A DNA stretch of 39,667 bases, from positions 1-39,667 of the forward strand of contig BLSG01000301.1 in NCBI GenBank assembly GCA_012862495.1. The letters are read 5' to 3'. This DNA comes from Thraustochytrium aureum. Its lineage: Eukaryota. This document shows, in pieces, positions 29,485 through 39,667 of the stretch (position 1 is the stretch's first letter; each line of letters starts with the position of its first letter). The notes beneath the pieces are model-generated. The model made no database searches and had not been told where the DNA came from. It saw nothing but the letters and a program-made list of their open reading frames with translations. The position numbers and the translations under genes are program-made.

Positions 29485-31574
29485 CCCGCCCGCGGGCAAT
29501 CGCCGGTCGGTCAACATCTAGGTGCCCAGAGTATCTCATCTCATCATCGGGGAATGGGGTGTGATGTGGTGGATGCAAGGTGGATGGGCTCGGTGCATGT
29601 GGCGCGCGGCGGCGTGGGGAGCGAGCGTCCGTCCCACCAGGCAGCAAGCAACCTGCTGCCTTGCCCAGCCAGCCCAGTCAGTAACGGCAACCAATCAGGG
29701 CAGCCTGCTTTTGGAGGGTGAGATGGTCGGCGCGGCAGCGTCCGGTGCGTTTGTCTCGCGCGGGAATGGAGACAGTTGCCTGGACCGCACGTGTCAACGT
29801 CGTCCATCACACTCGGAAGAAGCTCCGCGAGATAATTGCTTTAGCCGCCGCATCCACCGGGTGCGCGACGGTCCATCAAGCTCTCAGCCTGCTCCCCTAG
29901 CGACAGCGGGGGAGTCTCGGAGGTATTCCGGACCCGGAAAAGCGCTCGCAGCTGCTGCTTTTTGGTACTCCAACAATGTGCGACTTGACCAAGATGAAAC
30001 CGCGATGCCGTTGGTGGCGGCAAGATGGCCGATCCCTGCGCGGCGGCGTCCTCTTTGATGGACCGCGCGGGCGGCAGAAGGCCTGCCGTAGGCCTACCTC
30101 GACAACAGGAGTCTCGGTCGAGGGTCAGATGAGCGGAGACGCTGCGCTGGCAGCCACCCGCGGGGATTCCTTTCCTCCAGACGCATGTCGGCCGTGCGAT
30201 GATGATGACTGTGATGACTGTTCGCTGCCTACCTACTTTGTAAACTTTGAAGGACGTGTTTTTCTCATTACCGCAGGCAGACTTGGTGCGTGAGAGCGAG
30301 CTATTTCATGGTGGTCGCGGCTCCTTGTCCCGCCCCGTGAGGTCCGGGTCGGAAACGGGCAAATGAAGGCACGAGTCGAGCTGCGGCGGCTAGGTCTAAC
30401 GATCCCTTCGGGATCGTCAATCATCTTGTTCAAGCGATCCTTGATTTCAGCATTCCCAGCAGATCAGAAATGAGGCAAGTGGTGGACGATCCGACGTGAC
30501 GAGCGGTTGCGGTTTTGTGCGAAGCGTTGCGTTGACTGGGGTGGTCGATTCTGTTTTGTGTACCCAACTCTCTTCCCTTTCGCAATGGCTCCCACCCAAA
30601 ACACCCGTCTCCACCAAACACCCGTTGGCTCTCATCGTCGACAGGCAACGTGCGCCAGGCGGGCTGCAAGCAAGCGGCCATGCAAGAGAGAACCAGTCAA
30701 GCACGCTTCTCGCCCCGTCCTACCGAGGCCTCTTTCCAGCTTGACTCGGCGTCGTTCATTCACCACCGCTTTGCGGTTACGGGGCACTTACCTCGCAGAC
30801 GGCCTCCACTCCCACCGCGTGCACAGCACCGCTGCAAGCTTAGGAAACGGACGGGACACCCATTCGGGCCTGACCAGAATCACACCNNNNNNNNNNNNNN
30901 NNNNNNNNNNNNNNNNNNNNNNNNNNNNNNNNNNNNNNNNNNNNNNNNNNNNNNNNNNNNNNNNNNNNNNNNNNNNNNNNNNNNNNNNNNNNNNNNNNNN
31001 NNNNNNNNNNNNNNNNNNNNNNNNNNNNNNNNNNNNNNNNNNNNNNNNNNNNNNNNNNNNNNNNNNNNNNNNNNNNNNNNNNNNNNNNNNNNNNNNNNNN
31101 NNNNNNNNNNNNNNNNNNNNNNNNNNNNAGTAAACAATTGCGTTTTGCGAGCGAGCACAGCCCGTCGGGAGCAAGCACAATTGCCTGTCTGGCAGACACA
31201 CTAGCTTGCACGCGGCTCGCCGCATGTCTGCCTGCCCGCCGGCCTGCCTGCACTCCTGCGACTGGTGGACCGGCCGGAAACCGACCCCGGCAAAGCTTTT
31301 CCAAACAGCGAGAATAGATTGGCTGGGCTCCCCAGACGCGCCCCGCGCGCCGTCGAGCCGAGCAGAGCCGAGCCATCAGCCAGACAAAGGCACAACAAAC
31401 AGCCTGTCGTGAGGACCCCATCGCGGCTCCAGGTAGTCAAGTCAACCCACCCAGACAATCGCTTCTTCGCCATCGGCCAACAGACCCGAAACAGGACCAG
31501 CAAGGCAGCTTGCTATCGACGCGAACGAGTAGCACAGCCAACTGCACAGCCCAGCTGCACTTTCAACAAATACC

Positions 31575-33242
31575 ATGGCCCCTCGCTGCGCCGCCTTGGC
31601 GGTCCACCTCCTCGCGCTCGCCATGGTGGCATGCAGCGGCGATGCAGACCAGCAGAAGCGGCACACCACCGTCAACCAGCACGAATCAAGCCCTACCCAG
31701 CTCTTCCCAATTCACGACGTCAAGTTCGAGCTGGAGGGCGACACGATGCACCTCACGCTCGAACTCGAAGCCGGCTTCGAGCAGCGGCTCCAACTCGAAC
31801 GCATCACCGACCTCTACGCGAACGAACCCGGCCGGGCAACCAGCCAGTTCCCGTGTTGTCAACAACGAGGGCTGGGCCACGGCGACGCTCGATCCCGAAT
31901 TTCCCCACGGAACCTGCACGGCATCGGTTTCGCGCTGGAGCGGCGCAAGCTGTCGAGTTTGCCCATGCCAGCCATCTGGAACGCAACCTCGGCGCAGACG
32001 CGTTTCGCGCACTCGCCGACCACGCCGGGGTTCGCGAGGACGGCCGCTACTTTCGCACACTCGTGGAGCTGGACGGCCTCTGCGGCGAGGAGGCCAAAAA
32101 CAAGGACTCCACCTCGCACGCATCCTTTCTCAAACTCTACGAGCAGCGCAGATCAGAGCGCGCGCGCCGTGGGCTGGGCTCTGCCCGCTCGCTCGCCGCT
32201 GACCCGCTCGTCATGTACGGCGATGGCAACTGCTATGACGAAGATGAGAGGCCGCACGCCTTTCGCGTTGGCCTCGTCGTGGACCGGGCCTTTGCAGAAA
32301 AGTTTGGCTCCAGGACCCGCTCCACGATTGAGGAGCTCGTCTCGAGAACCTCGGCAGTATACCAGTACCAGTTCAACGTGGCAATCACAATAGGGGACAT
32401 CAAGTTCCACAGCGACGCGGGCGCCACGCACCGCGTATTCGACACATGCGTCCCAGACTCCGGAACCAAGCTAAGCGTCATGGACCAGCTCGACGTCGTC
32501 GAGTCGTTTGCCAAGGCACTGCCGAGCGAAAGCCAGCAAGGCCACTGGCAGCTCCTCTCCAATTGCAACCCCCGAATGGCCCGTCTGTGATCGGGGTCGC
32601 CAACCTCGCCACTGCCGGGTGCCACGCGATTAGGTACGGGTGGCACACCGGCGTGACGCAGGACAGCAACAAACTGTGGAAGACCTTTGCCCACGAGCTG
32701 GGCCACGGCGTCAGCATGGTTCACTCTTTTGAGAATGGGCAGGGCAAAACGGGCGGCCTGATGGACTACGGCGACGGCAAGATCAACGGGGTGGAGCGCT
32801 TCCACAGGGAACGGGGACTTGAGGCTTGCAGCCTCATGGCTACCTGGAAAAATAGCGGATGCAAGTACTTTGCGCCACTCGGCCCCACTGCATCGCCAAC
32901 CACGGCGCCGCCATCGCCGCGACCCACTTGGTCGCCCGTCACCTCACGGCCGACCCGCAACCCAACGAACAAGCCGACCAAGGCGCCGCAAACGGCGCGG
33001 CCCACGACCTCGCGCCCGACAAAGGCCCCAGTAACAAGTCGCCCTACAGGAAGACCGACGGATCGCCCGACCAAAGCGCCCAAGACGCCGCGCCCAACGC
33101 GCTCGCCGGTCTCGCCCACCGCACGCCCGACCAAGGCGCAGCCGAGGAGCAAGCCGACCATCGCGCCAACCCAGCGCCCAACGAACGCCGAGTCGGTCCG
33201 CTTGCTCTGCAACTCTCGCGCCAGCCGTTCAGCCTGCAACAT
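31575..33242 (+). CDS. Secreted reprolysin/M12B-like zinc metalloprotease with Pro/Thr stalk; several frameshifts; 3' end in gap
   Basis: Signal peptide MAPRCAALAVHLLALAMVACSG, then RVGLVVDRAF..VYQYQFNVAI, zinc motif HELGHGVSMVH, Met-turn GGLMDY and PT repeats. Parts are spread over ORFs 31575, 31510, 31265 and 32446. Confidence 0.8.
32884..33185 (+). repeat. Coding Pro/Thr (xRPT/KAP) mucin-like repeats
   Basis: PTASPTTAPPSPRPTWSPVTSRPTRNPTNKPTKAP... Confidence 0.85.
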
Positions 33243-33806
33243 NNNNNNNNNNNNNNNNNNNNNNNNNNNNNNNNNNNNNNNNNNNNNNNNNNNNNNNNNN
33301 NNNNNNNNNNNNNNNNNNNNNNNNNNNNNNNNNNNNNNNNNNNNNNNNNNNNNNNNNNNNNNNNNNNNNNNNNNNNNNNNNNNNNNNNNNNNNNNNNNNN
33401 NNNNNNNNNNNNNNNNNNNNNNNNNNNNNNNNNNNNNNNNNNNNNNNNNNNNNNNNNNNNNNNNNNNNNNNNNNNNNNNNNNNNNNNNNNNNNNNNNNNN
33501 NNNNNNNNNNNNNNNNNNNNNNNNNNNNNNNNNNNNNNNNNNNNNNNNNNNNNNNNNNNNNNNNNNNNNNNNNNNNNNNNNNNNNNNNNNNNNNNNNNNN
33601 NNNNNNNNNNNNNNNNNNNNNNNNNNNNNNNNNNNNNNNNNNNNNNNNNNNNNNNNNNNNNNNNNNNNNNNNNNNNNNNNNNNNNNNNNNNNNNNNNNNN
33701 NNNNNNNNNNNNNNNNNNNNNNNNNNNNNNNNNNNNNNNNNNNNNNNNNNNNNNNNNNNNNNNNNNNNNNNNNNNNNNNGCTCACCGGCGGGCTAACCGG
33801 GGAGGG

Positions 33807-36800
33807 ATGGCCGCCTCCGCCGCGCCATCGTCATCTTCCCACGGGGATGCCAAGACGCCGGGAAAGCGCTCGCTCGTGAGCCGGTCGTCCATGACAGCCT
33901 TCCTGCAGAGACGCTCGAGCGCCATGATGCGGAAGCGCGACCCCGAGCTCGAAGAAGAGGAGGCCGAGGAGGAAGGCCAGGCTCAACTGCAAGTCGAGCT
34001 GGCGCACGGCCGACTCTCGGCGGACCCCAAGCGGGACCTCCACGGCGAGAGCAAACCACAGAGGTATGCTCACTTTGTCGAGGATTTCAGGGCGAGCAGT
34101 AGCTGGCAGAGGCCCTGGGTGAACTGGGCGACCGGCCTCGTCTACGAAGCGTATGGGCGCGAGGTGGAGATGGAGGAGCTGTGGAAGCTCAGAGACAGCG
34201 AGAGATCAGCCCCGCTCAGCGATCGACTGCAAAAGGCGTGGCTCGAGCGCGTGCGCGCGACGCCAGAGGGCCAAAAACCAGAGCTGTGGCGCTGCGTGGC
34301 CAACCTTCACTGGTTCGAGTACACTTTCCCGTTCATGCACATGATGGGCTGGCTCGTCTGCGTTCTCCTCACAAGCGGCGTGTTTATTGTTGGCCTGCTC
34401 GACCTGCTGCAAGACCCCGACGCGCCGACCGTCGCCGTCGGCTCGCTGCAGGTACCCTACCAAGGCTTTTGGTACTGCCTCGGGTTTTTCCTGGGCGAGA
34501 TGTTTCGCAGCATGTTTGTCAACCGGCACTGGGAGCTCGCCATGCTGACCGGCGTGCGCGCGCGCGCGGCCTGTGCCACGCTGCTCTTCGCAAAGCTCAC
34601 CCGCCTGCGCCGCGGCGGAGACGGCATCGGGCAGCTCCTCAACATCGTCACCAACGACCTCGAGCGCGTCCGCGAGGCGTTCATGTACGGTCTGTTCATC
34701 ATTACGACGCCGATCACGCTCATCGCCATCATCGCGCTCGGGCAGTGGATCTTGGGTCCCTCCATCTGGGCCGGGTTTGTTGTTCTGGTGCTCAGCGTCC
34801 CCGTCCAGACCTACATCGCCAAGCTGTCCGGCAAGTACCGGCAGGAGAGCGTGGACATCACGGACGCGCGCGTGACGCTGATGAACGAGATCCTCAAGGC
34901 CGCCCAACTCATCAAGCTGTACGCGTGGGAGGAGTCGTTCATGGCCAACGTTGCCGAGACTCGGCACAAGGAGATGGCCAAGATCAGGCTAAGCGCCTAC
35001 ACGAAAGCCTTTAACATGGCCTTCTCGCAGACCGTGCCAATCTTCACTTGCTTGGTGGCGTTTCTGTTTCACACGCTCGTGTTTGAGCAAGAGCTCACCG
35101 CATCGCAGGCCTTCGCCACCCTTGCGCTCTTCAACATCTCTCGCTTTCCGCTTAACGTGCTTCCGCTCGGCGTTCGGTTTACGACCGAGTTTTTTGTGGC
35201 GATGCGCCGCATCTCCGAGTTTTTGCTGCTCGAAGAGGTTGACGAGGCTTCCACCACGCGCCGGGAGCTCGCGCAGCCTGGAGCGCCGCCGCACGACTGC
35301 GCGCTCGAAATTGAGCAAGCGCTTTTCACCTGGGCCAAGCTCGAGCTGGCTGCCGAGCGAACCCCTGGCAACGAGTCGCTAGACGCTGTGAGGGTAGACG
35401 ACGCAAGCGCCGCTGCCGGAGCTGGAGGTGACGGCGCAAGCATTGAGCTCGTCGTTCCCGCGCTCACGGTGCCTCGCGGGTCGCTCGTCGCCGTCGTCGG
35501 CGCCGTGGGCTCCGGGAAGAGCTCGTTCTTCGCGAGCCTGCTGGGCGACATGCGCCTGGCCTCGGGCGCGGCAACCTTGCGTGGCACTGTCGCTTACGTG
35601 GCGCAGACGCCTTGGGTGTTCAACGCCACCCTGCAAGACAATATCCTTCTCGGTCAACCTTTTGACGAAGCCCGTTTTGCGACCGCGGTGCGAGCCTGCG
35701 CGCTGCAACCGGACCTTGACGCGCTGCCGTCTGGAGCCCGAACGGAGATTGGGGAGCGCGGGATCAACCTCAGCGGGGGCCAAAAGGCCCGTCTGGCGCT
35801 GGCACGCGCGGTGTATGCCCAGGCCGACGTGTACTTGCTTGACGACGTCTTGAGCGCGGTCGATGCGCACGTGTCTGCCCACATCTGGCACGAGTGCATC
35901 AAGGGCGTTCTCTCCTCGAAAACGGTCATCCTCGCCACGCACGCGCTGCAGTACCTCCCACAGACAGACGCCGTGGCGGTCTTCAAGGATATGCAGCTCC
36001 GCATTGTTGACACGTACGCCCAGGTTGTCGCTGTACCGGAGTACCGAGCGCATGTGCAGGCCATGCAGCTCGAGCCTGGCGCAGACCGCCGAACCGCCGA
36101 AACAGCCGAGGCGAGTGACGCGAGCGACGCGGCTAGCGCTACCTTGGCCGTCGAGCAGGGCGCCGCCGAGGCGCTTTCCCCGGGGCGCCCAGTCGTCGTT
36201 GACAGGCCAGAGTCTGCAATGACCGTAGAGTCAGAAAGCGCTGCCGCAGACCCGACTGCCGGAGCCACACTAGTCACCAAAGAAGACCGCAACGAAGGCT
36301 CGGTGTCGTTCAAGACCGTGTCAGCCTTTGCCAGTAACGCGGGCGGCGCCTGCACGCTGTGGGGCTGCATGGCCATGTTCTGGGTGTCCGAGGGGAGCAA
36401 GTTTGCGAGCGACGCCTGGCTCACCCCGTGGACCGACCAGACCTTTGAGGGGCGTGAGCAGTGGTTTTACGCCGTAATCTACGCCGGCCTAGCCGTGGGC
36501 GTTGGCGTCTTGGCGTTTGTTCGCGGCATTTACTTTGCGTGGACGGCTCTGAAAGCCGCGCAAGGCCTGCATGATACCGCCTTTTTGAGCGTGATGCGGG
36601 CGCGAATGGACTTTTTCCAAACGACGCCGCTGGGACGCATCTTGGCGCGCTTTTCCTCCGACATCGACAAGGTGGACGTTCTGCTGGTCGACATTGCCGA
36701 GATGGCCATCTCTCTCCTCGTGCGCTGCTTTCTGAGCGTGGCCGTCATCTGCGCCGTCCTCCCCTACTTTCTCATCGCCGTGCTCCCCATCTCGTACGTG

Positions 36801-38695
36801 TACTGGCGCATGCTCAACTTTACGCGGCGAGTCGTGCGCCAGATGAAACGACTCGACAGCATCTCGCGCTCCCCGCTCGTGTCGCAGTTCCAGTCCATCT
36901 CGCAGGGTCTGACCTCTGCTCGCGCGTTCGGCATCCTCGACGAGGCTAACCATCGCGCTGCGACCTTGGTTGATGAGACATCGCGCGGGTTTTTGGGGTT
37001 TCAACTCTCGAGTCGCTGGGTCGCCATTCGCGTCGACACCATCACGACGACCATCGTCGCGGTTTCTGCGGTCTTGTGCGTGCTGTTCGCCTCGGAAATC
37101 TCGGCCGGACTCGCGGGGCTTGTGATCACGGCTGCACTGCAGACCGCCGGGATCTTCCAGTTTGCGACGCGGCAGGCCGCCGAGTTGGAGGCCCAGTTCA
37201 CTTCGGTCGAGCGCCTGCGCTACTTTGTAGAGAGCACGCCGTGTGAGAGCTCGACGCTGGTCGCCAGCGAGAGCCCCCTGCCGCCAGAGTGGCCGCAGCG
37301 GGGCGCCATACAATTCCGAGGCTACTCTACGCGATACAGGCCGGGCCTACCGCTTGTGCTCAACAAGCTGGAGCTTTCCATTTCGGCGGGCTCGAAGACC
37401 GCCTTGTGTGGGCGCACCGGAAGCGGCAAGTCTACAGTACTGCTCAGCTGCTTTCGCGTCCTGGAGGCCGCCCGCGGCAGCGTTTTTATCGACGGCGTCG
37501 ACNNNNNNNNNNNNNNNNNNNNNNNNNNNNNNNNNNNNNNNNNNNNNNNNNNNNNNNNNNNNNNNNNNNNNNNNNNNNNNNNNNNNNNNNNNNNNNNNNN
37601 NNNNNNNNNNNNNNNNNNNNNNNNNNNNNNNNNNNNNNNNNNNNNNNNNNNNNNNNNNNNNNNNNNNNNNNNNNNNNNNNNNNNNNNNNNNNNNNNNNNN
37701 NNNNNNNNNNNNNNNNNNNNNNNNNNNNNNNNNNNNNNNNNNNNNNNNNNNNNNNNNNNNNNNNNNNNNNNNNNNNNNNNNNNNNNNNNNNNNNNNNNNN
37801 NNNNNNNNNNNNNNNNNNNNNNNNNNNNNNNNNNNNNNNNNNNNNNNNNNNNNNNNNNNNNNNNNNNNNNNNNNNNNNNNNNNNNNNNNNNNNNNGCAGC
37901 GTTTTTATCGACGGCGTCGACATCGCCTCCGTGCCGCTCGCGGTGCTCCGCGGACGCGCCATCTCGGTTGTGCCGCAAGACGCCACGCTCTTTGCCGGAT
38001 CGATTCGCTACAACCTCGATCCGTTCAACAGTTATGGCGACGAGGAGATCTGGGAGGCGCTCGAGCGGGTTCACCTCGCAGACTTTGTCAGGTCGCTTGG
38101 CACGGAGGACGTCCCGGGTGAAGACAGCGCTAACGGCTCGACCGCACACCGCGTCGAGAATGGTGCGCACAGCTCCACGTCAGATGCGCCGGCCAAGGGT
38201 CGTGCGCAGAAGGCGGTCGCAGGCTTGCGTGAGGGCTTTGTTGCCCCAGCCGCCTCGTTCGCCAACCTCAGGCCGAGCAGTGGGCTAAACTTTGTCATTG
38301 AGCAGGGCGGGATAAACCTTTCCTCGGGGCAGCGCCAGCTGTTCTGCTTTGCCCGAGCGCTACTCCGCAAGACGCGCATCATTTGCATCGATGAGGGAAC
38401 CTCGTCGGTGGACTCGGCTTCCGACGACAAGATTCAAGCCACGCTGCGCGATGCCTGCGAAGGTGTGACGCTGCTCGTCATCGCACACCGGCTGCAAACT
38501 GTGCGCAACTTTGACATGGTCTGCGTTCTTGATCAGGGCCAGCTCCTCGAAGCCGGTCCGCCAGACGAGCTTGTCACGCGCAAGAACGGCGCGTTTGCCT
38601 CGATGTGGCAAAAGAGCGTGAGCGAGCGCTCGCAGCACGGCAAGGCGCAACCCAACAGCAGCGACGTCGGAGACGACGATGAGAATAATTCGTAA
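33807..38695 (+). CDS. ABC transporter subfamily C (MRP-like), TMD1-NBD1-TMD2-NBD2
   Basis: IKLYAWE; NBD1 GAVGSGKSS, GERGINLSGGQKAR, YLLDDVLSAVD; FFQTTPLGRILARFSSDID; NBD2 GRTGSGKST, NLSSGQRQ, IDEGTSSVD, IAHRL. Confidence 0.95.
37477..37921. other. False gap: identical 26-bp sequence on both sides of the Ns
   Basis: gcagcgtttttatcgacggcgtcgac occurs at 37477-37502 and 37896-37921; merging gives the normal GSVFIDGVDIASV of NBD2. Confidence 0.85.
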
Positions 38696-38940
38696 TCGCT
38701 GTTGCTCGTTGAAGTGAACATAGCTTTCTCGCCATGCCGGACCCGCTGGCTCCGCCTGTGTCCGCTCGTCGTTTGGCAGCACCGTCCCCGTGACCTGCCT
38801 GGCCACCAGCCTGGAGCCGTCTGCCGACTATGCGAGCGGCCTCGCTCACGAACGAAGCTAGACTAAAGGATGGCGCGCGCGAGAACTGGGCCCGGAGGAT
38901 GGAAAGGAGTGGGCTCAGATCAGGTTCGTTTAGCACCGTC

Positions 38941-39067
38941 TCGTACCGCTCGCAGCAAAAGCACGGTCTCTATCGTCGTACCGCTCGCAGCAAAAGCACG
39001 TCTCTATCGTCGCACCGCTCGCAGCAAAAGCACGTCTCTATCGTCGTACCGCTCGCAGCAAAAGCAC
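38941..39067. repeat. 34/35-bp tandem repeat, about 3.7 copies
   Basis: tcgtaccgctcgcagcaaaagcacgtctctatcg units start at 38941, 38976, 39010 and 39044. Confidence 0.92.
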
Positions 39068-39258
39068 ACACAGCAAATCGCATCACGATCAATGGCTGGC
39101 CGGCCGCGCAACCCGTCAAGAAGCTGCGCATAACGGCACTCCGAAGTTGTGCGTTGGGACAGTTCTTCCTGTCTCTCCTTCGGGTCGGGCAAGATTTGAA
39201 TTTGGTGCGCCCAGCGTCGGGCAAAACGCATGCAGATGGTCCACCACCAGAAGCCTCT

Positions 39259-39300
39259 GGCGCCGCTCTGATCCTGGTAGGGCGCCGCTCTGATCCTGGT
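39259..39300. repeat. Short tandem duplication (22-bp period)
   Basis: ggcgccgctctgatcctggt occurs twice. Confidence 0.8.
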
Positions 39301-39667
39301 GGGGCGTTTTTTGATCGATTGAGAGCGCGCCATGCTCATCGCCCAACCTGCGCGCGGCTGCTCTGTGGTGGTGCACAGCGTGCGTGCAGCCGCGACACTT
39401 GCAAGGTGACGATCCATTTGAGTACATAACGCTGAGCGGCGCAGCACGTGCGGGTCGGGCTTGGCTTTTGTGACTGGCAAACTGTCCCCCTCCCCATTAG
39501 AGGAGAATGGCAGCTGAGGTCTCGCTGCCTAAAGCGGGTCGGCCATTCGCTGCGGCCCATAACAGACGCTTCAGACCCCAAACGCTCAAGGCGAAAGCGA
39601 ACGGCATCCAAGCACCCACATCTCCTCGTCCCGCGCATCGCTCGCGAAAACCAGCATGGCGGACGTC

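Noticed and set aside
29520..30886. Possible decayed gene or transposon (e.g. AEIKDRLNKMIDDPEGIV on the - strand)
   Set aside because: Fragments are short, interrupted and unassignable; no transposase or RT motifs or terminal repeats seen.
4920..32575. Programmed ribosomal frameshifting explaining the split genes
   Set aside because: The shifts occur in unrelated genes, in both directions and often at short homopolymers, without canonical slippery heptamers. Sequencing error is more parsimonious.
15249..37313. Many long antisense or overlapping ORFs (e.g. 15249-15929, 27493-28698, 34206-34967, 36489-37313)
   Set aside because: Shadow ORFs expected from high-GC codon usage opposite well-supported genes.
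32859..38288. 1809-aa ORF as a single giant protein
   Set aside because: Artefact of N read-through. It joins an off-frame piece of the protease gene to the ABCC gene (ATG 33807) and goes out of frame after the false gap.
38941..39067. CRISPR array (34-bp unit)
   Set aside because: Head-to-tail repeats without spacers.

Overview
GC-rich, intron-poor eukaryotic scaffold with many N gaps and several single-base frameshifts. The gene families (lineage-type 7TM proteins, PT-repeat reprolysin, PqiA-like membrane protein, MYND-DUF4470) suggest a stramenopile, probably a thraustochytrid or other labyrinthulomycete; this is inference. About 13 host genes are present: GPI-type surface protein with a tandem 8-Cys domain, double-MYND/DUF4470-like protein, single-pass receptor-like protein, two paralogous 7TM proteins, claudin-like plus 2x PqiA-like membrane protein, three-repeat MYB factor, CCR4/nocturnin-like EEP hydrolase, RCC1/coiled-coil protein, coiled-coil/PDZ protein, SAM methyltransferase, reprolysin-type metalloprotease and an ABCC/MRP transporter. 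The most notable signal is at the left edge (1-604): a divergent gene pair only 71 bp apart, comprising the N-terminus of an A32-like DNA-packaging ATPase and an 87-aa two-TM protein of a giant-virus type. It looks like the end of an endogenous Varidnaviria element (NCLDV or Polinton-like). It is joined to host genes only across a 773-N gap, so integration is inferred and not seen. All family assignments come from motif recognition; no searches were run.
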